64,000 nt of DNA from Raillietiella orientalis (GCA_036172245.1 JAYWIR010000003.1:6324001-6388000); one strand, 5' to 3'; numbered from the stretch's first letter, positions 1 through 16,900 are shown. Notes: generated from the letters alone by a model not told the origin. Numbers and translations: made by a program.

Positions 1-3000
1 CTGGAGACGTGCACTTACGATCAGGAGTGTCCAGGGAACCTCACTGTCACCATCACACTTCTGCATCCTTCAAAATCCAAATGATTAAAAAAAAAAAAGG
101 AAAAGGAAAACACCAAAACCCCAAGTGGAAATCAATAAGCATCATAGCTTTAGAGAAACCATCGGGTTCGATCAGTAAAAAGATCGTGCTAACGGTTTGA
201 TTCCATGAAATGTGGCCACAATGTGATAATGCGCTCAGATTATTTCGATTCATAGAAAATATAGGAATCGAAAGCTTATCGCTCTCATTGCCATGAGGCT
301 ATCTTCATCATCTTCCCTGCTTCATAATTCTCATTTAGCAAGTGCTTGGCACTCAATGTAATGCTTGGTATAACTCATTCTTCGTGTATCACGGCATCGG
401 AATTGCCATATGAGGATCTCAACTGGAGATGCACCCTTTCATTTTCGTTGTAAAGGGCTGTCCATAAGTCGAACGTGCACAGTGTCGTCACTTCTTCTTG
501 CGCCCTTCTTGTGCACTCGGATCTCAGAACCATCGTTCCACATTGCCGATTTCTTTTATGCTGCCGCAACTTTTGTGCGGATGCGATCTTCTTTGTATGA
601 TGCTCCTGGTGGTGTACGGACAAAATCAAGCCGACTGGGCGCGAACCATCTGCAAACATTTCGCTAACGAAAGGGTTGCCATCCTTCAGCATTCGGCGAT
701 ACGTCTTCCAGCGTTTGCTGACGTGTCAATAAGTCGTTGAAACACATACCGCGTCTCGAATGAAATCAGCTGATAGGGACATTCGAGCAAGCTCCAGAAT
801 TTCTGCAAAGGGGATAGGCTTATCCTTTATAGGAAAAAGCGCGCGAGCACATGGCGGGAACTGTACCGTGCATGGGAAACGCATTTTTGCAAGAGAGGGA
901 TTGAGAGGGGCCACACCGCTTGCTGTGGTCTAACTGGAGCTGCAATCCAACATGGAACAAGATCCGAGAATCGGAATTTCATTTGCCGCAGTGTGGGTAT
1001 TTTGCAGAGGTTCGCAGACAAAGTGGAAAGTGCCGTACTTTTTTATGACCGGGACAGTAAGTGATTTTGGAACAAGAGCTCTACAGATCGACGTGGCAGT
1101 GCTTACTGAATGGAGAAAGGTTCAACGAACAGAGAGGAAGATGTGGAAATAAAGCTCCTAACTGAAAAAAGGATTCGTGTAATTCAGTTATTGTTCGATT
1201 ATTCCGTTGGGTGAGGAAATTTCATCTCCTTTCCTAACTGAAAATGCAGAATTACTTGAAACAGCTGTCAGGATGAAACGAGCCTCCAGGAAACGGCATC
1301 ACAGTACATCACATGATTCAGTACGAGTCGCATTTCACGAACCGGAAAAGGGGAAGATGGACTGCAAACCCTTGGTGCCCGTACTCTCTGCGGTACGACA
1401 GGTCCCGAATTTCCCGATGCTTACATCTTTCCCTTGCAATATCCAAGTCACACGTTTATGTGCTAAGCATTGGAAATTCGGGTGAGGCCCCGCTGCCGAT
1501 CGGTTGCCCTTCGGCGCCCGGCGGTGATGCTTCGATCGGGCAGGAACAGGAAGCAGAGTACGCGCGACACGCACGAGACAGAGCAGCCCAGTCCGTGTTT
1601 GCTGCAGTGTTCCCCCCCCCCCTTTCCTTGCCCCGAGGATTTGCGACTCGCTCCCTCTTTGTGAGGTGGCGACTTGCACACGCACCCCACCTCCCAACCC
1701 GAAGCTCCCCATCTCACAATGAGGACGAAAGCTGCCATGACGACCGCGGTGTTTTTCCTTTGCAGCATCTCTGGTTCCTCAAAAAGTGACAGGTAAGAGA
1801 CTGGGAAAGAGAGCACGAAAACGATGCAGGAGTCCTTCCTCTCTTCCTCATTTCAAAGAGCTTGAAGCGTAGGGACAGACAGGGTCACGCGGCATGAGCT
1901 GGAAGGGACAGAAGGAGTGTTCTCCGAGAGGGATAAGTCCGACAATCTCTTTTCCCGAAACATCCCGACGGTCGGTTCATCTTTAACCGACTGGAGAGAT
2001 TCCCCCCTGGTCGGCTGCAGAGGATTCTGGGCAGCAAGACGGACTGACCTTCCTCTCGAGCCAGAGGTCGCAGCTCTGCCTCAACAGACGACGCCCGACT
2101 TTCGAATGAGGGATCACCAGGAAGGCGAATTCGGAACATACGGTATTTCCCGTCTCCGGGCGGGTGGGTGCCTACAGGCAGAAACGGTAACCGTGGGACC
2201 GAGCGCGGCTGAGACCTCGGGGAGGGCTCCACGCTCGAGCACTCGAGAAGTCTGCGGGGAGTCGGTCCGTGGCTGCCACCTTCCGGCCGTGATGGCGGGT
2301 CCTCGTGGATGCACCTGAGCCGAGCAGGGGACTAGCGCCTCCTGGCTTCGCCGCGGCGGTCATCGGGAAGAGAGAGGACCGCAGCCAGCAATTCCTCTGC
2401 CCACAAGCCAGGCGGCGGAGAGGGGTGGGATGCAGGTGTCGCAACCGGACGCGGGCGTTTCCCGATTCCATTCCATCGGAGCTCAAAGGTGAATCATCTT
2501 TTGGATGTTGTCATATGGAAACATCGAACTTTGGAAGAAGGTGGAAAACCATGAGGTACATAGGCCTCCACTCGGAGAAGAAGCGTGGATGCTGTCGAAT
2601 TTTTGACCGTGACAGTCCTTTCAATCATCTGCAGTCAAGTTTTGAAAATCAGGTTCCCTTCTTTGCATAGAATTTGGCATTAAAAAGGAGGACTCATTTT
2701 CCGAATGGTTCTCAGGATGTCCTGAATTTCGCAAATCCCTTTATCATTCTCTAACTGTATATTTGGTAGAAGCAATGCCAAAAGGTATCTCACACGTCTC
2801 TGCAAAGTTGAAAGCACCCATTCGAAAAACGAATATTTTTTGATCTCATAGCAACTGGTTCTTCCCCATTTCGGTGATCTCCGATGCATTTGCAAGAGGG
2901 ATCATTCCATTAGATGTTCATGGAGTCGAAGAAGCAGTTTGTTTCTTTCGAGCGGAATGAGACAGCACGATGCAGATTTCCAGGTGCCTTTGGAGGTCGC

Positions 3001-3999
3001 TGATTTCAGCAAAGGAGGGAGAGCATAAGCAAAAGAACAAGATCAACGATTCGCGAAGGTCAACTGACCAATCTACATGGAACACCGACGAAACAAAAGT
3101 AAGAAGAATCGGGAGGAGCTACAAAAAAGTAAGAACTGTTTCAAAGAAAGCAAGGAAACCGCAAAAGCAGAACGTCAACAAGTGAGAGTAAGGATTCTTT
3201 CTTTCTAAATAGTCGGCTAATATGTTTGATTTCTTCCAACGCTGCCGGGTGAGTCTCCTTTGGCTATCAGCCACCTGCAGCGCTGCTGCCCACCGAAGAA
3301 GACGTGGGCGGAGCAGTAGTTGGGAGATCCGAAGATGCCGAAGAGATCGGTTCAACGTGCAACAAGCAGCGGCATGGAATGCGAATAGGGCGTGTCAGGT
3401 TGTTAGGTGTTGTGAGGTGTCAGTCAAATCCAAGTACTATGGAGTTGGATGATTCCAAGGGTCTGCATCCAACTCGAATCAGATGGAATCTCGTTTAAAA
3501 TCTCAATCTCAATGGAATCTCACCTCCATCTCACTTCGCAGTCTATCACGGATATGAAGCTCCACATCGCGCGGTAACGCATCACGTCATGCAGGAGCAG
3601 AAATAACTCTGAATGCTGCAAATGATGTTAGGAAATTTCCTCGACTCGTGGTCAAGTTTCTTGCATAGCATTCTAAGATCGAAGTGGTAGTGGTTAATGA
3701 ATAGATGGATCGGAAGAGAAAAAGACTTTGGTAAGCAGTTACGAAAACGCCTACTACTGCTTTCAGATGATTCCATGAGTGAACGGCCTATGGAACAATA
3801 GCCCCTTTTATTGAATACGCTTTCTAAGGCAACTCTGCTTTGAAAATAATTAACTGAATGAGACTGTTTGACTATTTCTATCGACTTTGCTTTGAAGGGA
3901 TGGCGCAAAACCCACTGCAGGCTGACAAACTTCAGGAGGGAGGAACTTTAGCTGCGGCACTTGGAAAAAGGTTTGCCTTCCCCTGAGTACTTTGAAATC

Positions 4000-4286
4000 A
4001 AAAGTTGCGGAGACCTTAGGCCGTAGTCACACGACCCGCGTTGGTGGCCCTGTGACTACGGCCTCCAAGCGTAGCACCAAGCGTTGCAGGTTCGAACACC
4101 CACAAAGGATAGATGCCCCTCATCGGGGAGCTGCTCACGCGAAGCAGCGCCTCCGAGGCACCTCCCTTCGTAGTGGTGGTGCGAAGCCACTACGAAGAAA
4201 GACATTTTATATTTTATATGATTTGTTTATTTATTTTTAAACATTTCCTTACAATAAACGCCCCGGAGTGACCCGGTGAAAATAAA
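4000..4286 (+). mobile_element. Candidate SINE-like or non-coding retroposed element carrying the LINE-family 3' end
   Basis: Degenerate A-box-like TGGCCCTGTGA (4045-4055) and B-box-like GGTTCGAAC (4089-4097); chain of hairpins; terminal AATAAACGCCCCGG..CCCGGTG shared with LINE copies A, B and C. Confidence 0.4.
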
Positions 4287-4299
4287 GGATCGATGCCGA

Positions 4300-5016
4300 G
4301 AAATGGGAGCCTTCGTGGGTTTTGAGTCTCCCCCCGGAAGATGACGCTGGTTGGCCTTGGTTGGCTTCGGGGGAGGCACTGGTGGAAGCCGGAAACCGGA
4401 TGCCCCCTTGACTGGCCGAAACCGGAAGCTGACCCTCCAAGGTTCTCCCGGGAATCAAGGAGCGTCGGTTCCCTTCGGGGTTCTCCTCCTCCTGGGAAAA
4501 TGAAGTCGTCCCCCCCTTGGGGGGCGAAGGGATTCTCCATCGCGTACTGGTTGGTACCCTGGTAGACGGTTGCCTCTCCAGAGTGTTACAGAAGCGCGCT
4601 GCTCCCTTCGGAGAGTGTCCTTCAGAGAAACTTGGAAGTGTTTCTTCAGGGTTCTCTTCAGAGAAGCCCCGTGTCTGAAGAGGAATAACAAGGAGCAGAT
4701 CCTTTCCGGGTCCCCTTCGGCGAAGAAACGAGAAGTGGCCTTCTCCGGAGAGTTCCTCTGGAGAGAATAAGGAAGAGGCTCCTTTCGGGGATCCCTTCGG
4801 AGACTACCAGGGCGAGGGGTTCCCACCCAAGCGTAAGAAGAAAGGACTCCTTCCTCCAGAGCCTTCCTGGATACATAGGGTGGTCCCTCTGGAGTTAGCC
4901 CTAACTTGAAGAGTAACATGCACCCTCGGGTGGTGGTGTGGACAGTGTTAAAGAAGTTTGGAGGGTCTCACCCTAAGGAGATGGACGGCTCTTCAGCATT
5001 TGGCGAACCAAAAAAA
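4300..5016 (+). other. Highly self-complementary, structured-RNA-like segment of unknown class ending in A7
   Basis: Multiple nested perfect helices and five CTTCGG motifs on the + strand; no recognisable protein in any frame (see findings). Confidence 0.55.
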
Positions 5017-5364
5017 GACATGACCCGAAAAAGAAAAAAAAATCAAAAGTTGCATGTCACATGCAAACGACTTAATGAAAATGATAAAAAACCTCACCAC
5101 ACCATTTTTGAGTCTGTACCTAAAGGCTGTTTAGGGAACATTCGAAATGGGGGGATCTCTGGAAGTTTGTTGCAAAATTTTGTTGACCTCTGGAAGGGAC
5201 TGTGTTTTATGAGATATTTTTTTTACATGCGCAAAAACGAGCTGAGCGAACTGAAATGAAAGCATGTTTGGAAAAGAATTCTTTTTTCCGGAATGCATGG
5301 GCATCTAGAGAGTGATGCGGTGATAAGTTTTGAAATTGTCCATGCTCGGAGGCACATCTGTGGG

Positions 5365-5600
5365 CATTTTCACAAAGCCCCCGGAGCAGACACGCCCATT
5401 TGGGCATGTCCGCTCCGAAGCACGGAACTCATCCTTGAAAAGCGCAGTGGTACTTGGAAACGCAAAATTTGTACTTCACGTTTCGTACTGTGCTATGAAT
5501 CGGAGAGATTGAATTTACCATGCCACTAGTGAAACTCGAAAATACATCTCTCGACCTCAGGCTCCACATGGAAAAACGGGATGACTTTTCGGAATCATTC
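5365..5600 (+). mobile_element. Decayed LINE RT remnant
   Basis: HKAPGADT (~KAPGPDG) followed by a GNAKFVL (~WKxAxIVL) segment in another frame. Confidence 0.35.
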
Positions 5601-8132
5601 CGCATAACCCGTTACTCTTTCAAAGGGAAATGTGCACGAGGAGTCCTCTACTGAAGGCAATTTTTCGTATTAAAAAAAAATACACCATCTGTATGTAGGA
5701 ATCACAGCTATTACCAAGGATGGTTGATTTAATTTCTAATTCACATAAAGTTTCATATGCATTTTAAGCAGAGGTTTGGATTTACTGGCATCGGATCATA
5801 ATTTGCGTACAACTAGATCAAAGATAAATACCGATAAATACGCACAAAGCTCAGCTTTACTACTTCACTCATCTTATATTTACTTCTTCCATGCAAGAAA
5901 ATCTTAAAATCATATCCACCAATTTACCACAAGCACGCGAAGTACATATTCCTCCATCACGCCCATGCGGAGTGCAGTGCTGTTCCAAGCTATGTATCGA
6001 TATGAGCATAGTTAACATAAGGAAATTCTGCTGGTTACACCCTAGCAAGGTGTGACCTTCCCTTTTTTTTGCCTTATCAAGTGACCTGAATAAGATGAGA
6101 TTACTTAAATCAATTTTTATTTTTATTTTTTATGCGCGCGCGCGAAGTTTCCAATTGCTGGTGTTATCGCCCGCGATTCGCTTCCTTCGTACACCCAACT
6201 TTGCCCCGGAGTAACCAGGTGACCACCATCCATCCAACTTCGTGTACTTCCACAAGGCTTTATGCAATTGACTGCATTCTTGGTAAAACATTTTCGAGTC
6301 ACTGAGCGCTAGTTGTGTTTCTCATCTTACTCTCAAGCATGGTTTCAATGACCAAATAAAAAAAAAAATCATAGACTTCTCAACATAAGAACTGCAGGGG
6401 CACTGTTTCGGGTCATTTTCTATTTCTATGTCCCCCATTGCTTAATTACGATGAACCTCTGCTCTACTGACCTCAGTTATAACATTGAAGATGCTATCCA
6501 TTGCTGTAAGCAACTCAATCACCCACTGCTATGAGCTGTGAGTTAAGGTAAATTAATAGAATGCACCTTGAAAACTTAGATAAATAATTTTTTTCAAGAA
6601 AACTTATATTTTACATCTCCTTAAAGACAAAGCCTTTTTTGTTACATCAAAAGTCTTCGATTTGAAATTTAGTTTCTGCTATGTATGAGGAATTGAGGTA
6701 CTTTACTGCGTAAATCAATCCACTGAAAATTCAGTGTTAATATGCGCTCATGGGTCAATTTTGAACAAACCGGAATACATAAGCCACATACATGACGACA
6801 CAGAAACGCATCTCGTTGTCATTTCGAACTGGATGCTGCAAAAACATTGCCAGGGCTTGCAATTTCATGTTCCCAAATACAGAGACACACTCCTCACTTG
6901 CTCGTACCGGCATAGTTCACTGCAGTTTGACAGAATGCTGATCATACCTGTTCTTTACGCCATAATAAATGAGAAAATTTTAACTGAGGGGACACTTGGT
7001 AACACTTGATGCAAATGAAATTTACCGGTGCGCATTCAGCTTGTTCTAAGAAAATTTTAAAACGTTCATTTTTTGATATTTGGATCTCAAGGGGGACCTG
7101 ATATTACTACATTTTACAAGCAGAAAATTAGTGATAACATTTCATGCGCTCCTTTATCATTTTTATAATTATTTAGCCATTTGAACTTGATAAGGGAGGG
7201 GAAGGTTGGGGGGGGGGGGGGGACTGAAGCGCAAGGACACTCCACGTGTTAACGAGAATCAGTATACCCAACGTTGTCGAATCCACTAAGACCTCACCAC
7301 GAACTTACTCCTTCAACCCATAAGTTACCCTCTACGCTGTTTTCAATATACCAAGTGTACCTATAATTACCAGAAATCTGATGCTGCAACAATTTATATT
7401 CATGCCATTGAATCAACTGCACTTTATTCCATGACCTGATTAATCTACAGATTAATGATAGAAAAGTAACTTTTCATAACTGTCCAATATGCTGGGAATA
7501 ATTGATCAAGAGATCATTCAAACTAGCAAAATTCCCCTTTCAAGTTTGCAAATAAATGAAATACGCAGCATTCAACCAAATGCTTTACGAAATGCACATT
7601 CTTTTCCCAAAACAAATCACGCACACTCCAAAATTATATTGCTCTGATTTTTTAATCCATCCAAAGCTATTTTAAAATTTTAAATAAGTATGGTAAATTA
7701 GTCTCATAACTTAAAAAATGAAAAATCGTGATTACGGTGACAAAAACAGCATTCACAGGCATGACGTGATTTCTCAGTGCTTCCAGTCAACAGTATTTAA
7801 TCTCTTCATTCTGAGCAATGTCTAGTGTTTTCTCCAGCTATCATCTAAAAATATGGTATGGAATATTTCATCATCTGAAACATACATCTAGTCAAGTAAA
7901 ATCAATACAAAATTCGGATCTTGACGAATTTTGCACTGATTTTACTTTTACAGTTTATACCATTAATAATAATTTTTTTAATATGTGTAGAAACCCAATT
8001 TTCTATGAGAAAAGGTCATGCAACAATACAGAGCACTCACTCACAACAATACAGAAGTTGAACTCTTAGAAAGAATTCTAGAAATAATTGTTTACCTAAG
8101 ATTGCTTCTATTCAAGCAATTCACTAAAATGC

Positions 8133-10986
<2,854 letters not shown>

Positions 10987-13900
10987 TTATGAATCTCCTC
11001 GTGGTATGATATTATATGACTTGCTGAATCATATTTCGTTTGGAAGCTAAGCGGAGCTACAGTTCAGCTTCGTTACATTGTGATTTTTAAAACAATAAAA
11101 TAATCTAATGGACATCAGGATAATGCTAAGAGGCAAACCAAATATTTCTCTAAATTACTGCAAACACCTGCACTTCACATGAAGAGACCTTCAACGTGTT
11201 CAAAGTAACCACAAATATCTTCCAATGCAACACGTTGAGTTTACGTGCACAGACAACTCAACAAGTACCAAATACTTCTGACTGGATAAAATTAAATTTT
11301 AAATCGTTTTGCAGAAACTTTAATGTATCATTCACCAAAGGGCTTAAATTTGTATTATGATGCGCAATCTATTAGTAATATTTAAAAAAAAAAACATCAA
11401 CGATTTCTGGAAATATGAAATGAATGGAAAAGCAGTCTATTTACTTATTTCGGCAATTATGAACTGAAATTCTTGCAAGACTCTCTTAAAAACATTCAGT
11501 GAAAAAAAAAAAAAAACTCATGGAGAATTCCCTTACTTTGACTTTCAATGAAAGTAAGCAAGTAAAATATTTATTATTTTTTCTCCATAATCTGAGTAAA
11601 TTTATAAGGAAGTGAAATAATTCAACGATTTCCAAGAATGAAATTCTTTAGAATATCAAATAAATTTCTGTTTATTTCAAAAAACAAGAGATTCAAAGTT
11701 TTCTGACTAAAATGGCAAATGTTTAGTCTTTTATGTTCCCAAATAATTGGGCTTTAACCTGCAATCTTTTAGGATACTTGAAAGTGCTTCTGTTTGCTTG
11801 TTTAAACTAGAGGCATATTTAGAATTCATTACTATTCTTAAGAACCCTATATTCATATGCCACTATTCCATGACTATGTAAGCGATTTCCAGTATGATCT
11901 CATTATCAAGATCTATAAAATTACAAAAGCAAATGTGAACTTCAAAGCATGCACATCTGTAACTTAAAGCAGATTCCAGATTGCTCTTTTGAAAAATTTT
12001 ATGTATCCATCACTATTCCATTAGTTTTATGTGTTGTTGTTAGTAATATTTTCTTAGATTGCCGTTCGAGGACAATATAGACACCAAACGGCAAAGCTGA
12101 AGCTAAACCTCGCTCTTGCCTACATCTCGGAATTTCTTTGTATTTTCGTAATTAGTGCAAATAAACAAGCTACTGATATTTATCGAGAGCATCTCAAGAC
12201 TTATGGCGAATGCATTTTATAAGCTCTTCACTCATTGCGTTCACGAAAGTCTTAAATTAATTTTCTATAAATCATGTTTCGAGGTGATAAATGATGATGT
12301 AAGAAATCCATTATACATATTCTAAGAGTAATTACGATAATGGTGATATGGTTAATCAACAAATGTAACGCCCCAATATTTCGTAAAAGAAAATTATGTG
12401 CATTTGAATCACACTAATTCAGATCGAACGACCGCAAAGATAGTATTCATGTTTTAGTGTATCGTTAGAAGTTCATCAGTGTAATATGATTTCTACTAAT
12501 TGTTGTAATCTGTTTCATGAAGATCTTAAATTTTCAATGTTAATGACAATGTTAGTAAAATGAGGAGTCTGAATTATTAGGACGCAAATTCATCTGAAAC
12601 AATGGATTATTAAGAAAATTAAAGTCTTCTATCATGTTTTAAATATGTGCTTTGAATTCAGGATGCACTTGATTATTAGGATGCTTTAAGGATGTTTTCA
12701 TGTTTTAAGGATCAGACATCAATGAATCAGAAAATCGGTGCTAATATACTCATGGTTATATTTTCCTTTACAATTTCATCAAAGAGAATACCATCGATTT
12801 TCAAGAAATACATTCTTGAAGATAAAAGAAATTTCTAGAGTTTATTCAATGATTGCCTAAAATAACTCTTGATACTAACTTGGCATTTTGTCTGTTTTGG
12901 AGTCTCTCAGATGAGAGTCTTCCAACTTCATTCACAAGAATATCTTCAACACTCTCATGTCTCCAATATATTTCTTTCTCAAGAGATGACTTTGTATCAA
13001 AAAGATAGTGTATTTTTCATTATTTTCTTTTTTTTTTTGCATTGCCAGATTTGCAACCTTACAAGTAACCTGTCTAGAATAAAATATATCAGCTTTTTCT
13101 TCAGCATTCCAATTCCAGAACATACATTGCATAATAAAGTGTCATGAATCCACACTTTTACCGAAACTCTGCAACATCAGTGTTGCCTGCATTGGTTATG
13201 TAATACTTTCTGTGCGAATCGGTGCTCTGGGGATCAAGGAATTTTTTCCCTTATCTCTGTACATTAACGTGAATTAGCAGCATAAATAATACACTGTCAG
13301 GCGAGTATCTGCTGCAAGTTTTGATGCAAGATTCATTTTAGGAATCCTTGCAATACAAAGCGTCGTCGCGAGGCGACCACCTCGCCGCATCCGTTCGTCT
13401 AACGGGACACCTGACGTACGGTTTGTGACATTACCGTTTTGTGGGAGGATCTGGATGAAATCACCTGTCCGTTGAAATGAAAACTGTGCACCTATTGATG
13501 GGATAATTGAATTGCCAGCTGGAGCATTCTTAACAGCGATGCGTGGGATTCAATGAATGTGGGTTTTCCACGTCCGAGTGGAATTGGCAGCAAAGTTTTG
13601 GTCTTGCTGCCTGCGACAGAATTCAGTGCTTGAACTCCATTCTCGTCAAATTTATTCCTAAGGGCTGCCGATGTTTTCTTTTCCTGGCAAGTTGCTTCAC
13701 GTATATTACTGTTCTTAGCTGCTCTCGTTCACAGTAACCACATGCAAATCTCGAAAGAGAAATTCTAGAAATTTTAGATTATCTTTTTACAGAGTTTGTT
13801 ACCTGGATAGATGCTTTAATAAGGACAAAAATTACCTCACGAAATATAGAAATATATGACTCTTGAATTGTTTTGGAAATACATCAGTAGGATAGAAGGA

Positions 13901-16900
13901 AAACCCGGAAAATTCTGGCTTACTAATATTGCTTCATAGTGCAACAAGTCGAAATTGACAAATGAACAATAAATAAAAAAAAGAGAACATTAACGATTAT
14001 TTTATAAGTTCGGCTCTGAATAGTTTTGAAAGATCTGCGCTGGAAGATTCAGAAATGAAAAGAATCGGAAACGGAGGCTTCGTAAGGATTCGTTACATTC
14101 GTCTATACCAGAAAACAGAATTTGTTCTGCGGGACTTCGTTTATGGATGTTATCTCTGTTTTTCCATGGAGCTAATGGCTGATTTCTATTTCCTTGCCGC
14201 AGACTGGACCATGCCTTCAAAAGGAAGAAATTTTCTTTGAACTACATTAATAACTCCATATTCAATTCGATTCCGTGTTATCGTAGATTACGAGCTAAAT
14301 GAACATTTGTAGACCTAGGTCACCAACAGTATTTCCCATAATTTACAAACATGAGCATTTAGAAATTATTATTGCGATTAGATCATGAGTGAAAGTTCCG
14401 GGTAAATGATAAGTAATTGCATTGTCTTTTTTCTTTCATATTCGACTTGCAAATTTGCAGTGTCTTGGAAATATTTTCATGGCGCTCTTATTTTTGAAAC
14501 TTAAAATAGGAGTTCCATGGAAGATTGAAAAGACGCTTAGCATTCTAAAGCTTCTAATACTAGACACGGAAATACATTTGCAAATGAAAAATAATTGGAT
14601 ACAGTTGTTTCCAATTTAGTGAAGTTTAGTTTGAAAGGAGGTTTTCTTAGTTTCTGATTTTATTTCTGCATTGGAAAACACGCAGATGTCATGCTAAATG
14701 AAATGGTATGAAACTTTACGTTGCTATTGCCATCTGTCATGCAAACGAACCTCCTCGAAGTGTCAGAACATCTATGACCAATGTGACACTGTGCTCCTTC
14801 TCAACGACTCATTTGGGATAGTGAAGAGTCGTTGAGGATGCGGGGCTGCTGTCAAAAGATGCGAAGGTGCTGTACCACAACTGCCGAAGGCGTCATTGAA
14901 ATGGTTTGTGGCTCCAACCTATATTCAACGGCGGGTAAAGTTGATTCTAGAGATACTGTCTGGACATTGGCATTGCTCGTCGATGGGTCAAACGGAATTG
15001 CTTCTTGAAGGCCGAAGGCGAGAGTCATTCCGGTTAACCACCGACGTTATGATCTGTTTCTAGAAGACGCGTTTGTCTTCACCCCACTTGGCACTTGACG
15101 TTTTCCTCCTACGAGCTGAATGCAACGCTTATCGGAGTATGCCATTGCAAAGCTGGTTCAATTTTCACCATAATAACTGATGTATTCTTAGTTACAAATG
15201 TTCCTGCAAAAAATTTCTGCATTTTCTGCAATTCTTGCGGAAAATGGCAAAATAAAGCGATGTGGTGAAAAGCGGACACGTACTATGGCGAAGTGAAGAT
15301 TCGCGTGCATATTTGCCTTTGTCTCATGCAATAGGTAAGAAGTGCTCCTTTTGAGAAAGGGGAAAAAAGCGATCATCATCTCCATAAGATTAAGATGTGT
15401 GACTGTGCATAGTTACCGCGAAAGCCTCAAAGTCAAAGTGAGAAATAATGCAAAAATCGTTGTGGATCGACTCGTGCATTTTCCTTCTCGCATGTGCTTT
15501 CTGTTTATTTTCATATCATAAGGGTGCAGATTTTCTCAAATCGCTACTATTTTTTAGTATGGTGTCTCCAAAAATTATGCGGATCATCTCAATTGATGAG
15601 CTGAGGCAGGCACAAGGTTACCATCGAAAAACATGCAGAATTGCCAGGAATATTGCAGGGTTTTTTGGTGAATTAACTCACGGGAAATTCGTTCAGCGAA
15701 TTGCTCAGAATTCACACTTTAACATCCTAAAGCCTCTGAGCTCATTGATTTCATCGTTTGCTTTCTGATGCTTTCAGAAGCTTTGGGGTTACATATCCTA
15801 GAGAAAAATTCGATGAGATTGGTGAAATTTGTCAAATTTTCGATAGGTGTGGTTGCATTCGGATGCTGAAATTGCAAAACACGTTTTGGCTTTAATTTCG
15901 AAAAGAAGTACTTTCCCCTGAGTTTCTTTTTTGTTTTTGAAGAACCCTGCAATGTCTTTTACATTCCATAGTTCGTTAAATGAATTAAATTAAAATGTCA
16001 AGCATGTAGTGTTCATCTTTATGCACCAGAATACTTCCTTACGTGCATGCATTTCCTCATCGTTTTCACTTTATCATTTTTATATTCTTGTTTGCAGTTA
16101 TATATATTATTACATTATTTGACAATTGCAGTTATATGGGATATTGGCCAATATGATTTTTAGTGATGACTTGCTTTTGAAATTCTGGCGCAGTTAAGAT
16201 TCTCACTCAGAATCCATGATGGATGAGACGTTGCTTACGGTTTATTTGCGGCAACTTTATCAAAAGAATTGTTCTCCAAGTCGCAACGATTCAATGAGTA
16301 GTAAGTAATTTAGGTTTCCCATAGTACTAATTCTGGTGACGAAACCAGTTACCAGCTTCACTTTGTTCAACATGCGATCTTTGCTTTATTCTTTCTCAAT
16401 CTCCATGTGAGTGGAGCCTCCAATCATAAAGCATAGAATTCTCGCTCTCGTGATACGTGGGCAATGATCAATTATATTCTGCTAGAAAAAAAAATGGAAG
16501 AATAAATGCTGAATGAAAAGTGCATATACACGGATCACTGGAAATTTGCCATGAACATGAGGGAATGCAGCAAAATGAGAGTATGAATGATCAGCCAGAA
16601 AGACGAAATACAAATCATAAGGATCGAAGATTATTCGAATAAAAGATAAAAATGAAAAACATCATTTTTTCCTGCGGTATGGGACGATTGGTAGTAATTA
16701 TTACCAAACTAGCAAACAATTAAAATGTATCTAAATGAAAAATTCCATTAGAATTTCATTTTGTACTACCTGGCAAATACACTTACAGTGTTGTTTTCGA
16801 ACTCTTCCCAACATGTTAGCTCTCTCTTGACCAAAGTCGTATTTATAATTGCGCAGTTACCATTTTCGGAGAGCTTGAGGTGTATCTTCAACCAGTTCTC

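Noticed and set aside
4043..4105. Functional tRNA gene
   Set aside because: A and B boxes are degenerate, with no acceptor stem or anticodon arm and no oligo-T terminator directly after; kept only as a possible SINE head.
4470..4540. HDV-like ribozyme (CCTCCTCC loop, long P4-like stem, GGCGAA followed by GGGA)
   Set aside because: The L3 loop lacks the conserved G, and no P1 3' strand or P1.1 GG follows, so the nested double pseudoknot cannot be built by eye.
4893..4906. Telomerase RNA template (CCCTAAC)
   Set aside because: Too short for a template plus alignment region, and it forms part of a local AGTTAG/CTAACT palindrome.
4630..5000. Hammerhead cores (CTGAAGA on both strands) and twister-like TAACACTG/TAACTCC starts
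   Set aside because: No stem II closing onto GAAA with a cleavage triplet, and no twister P4 or pseudoknot partners were found.
6203..6222. Fifth copy of the LINE 3' hairpin (GCCCCGGAGTAACCAGGTGA)
   Set aside because: No preceding AATAAA, the stem is broken and there is no A-run; may be chance.
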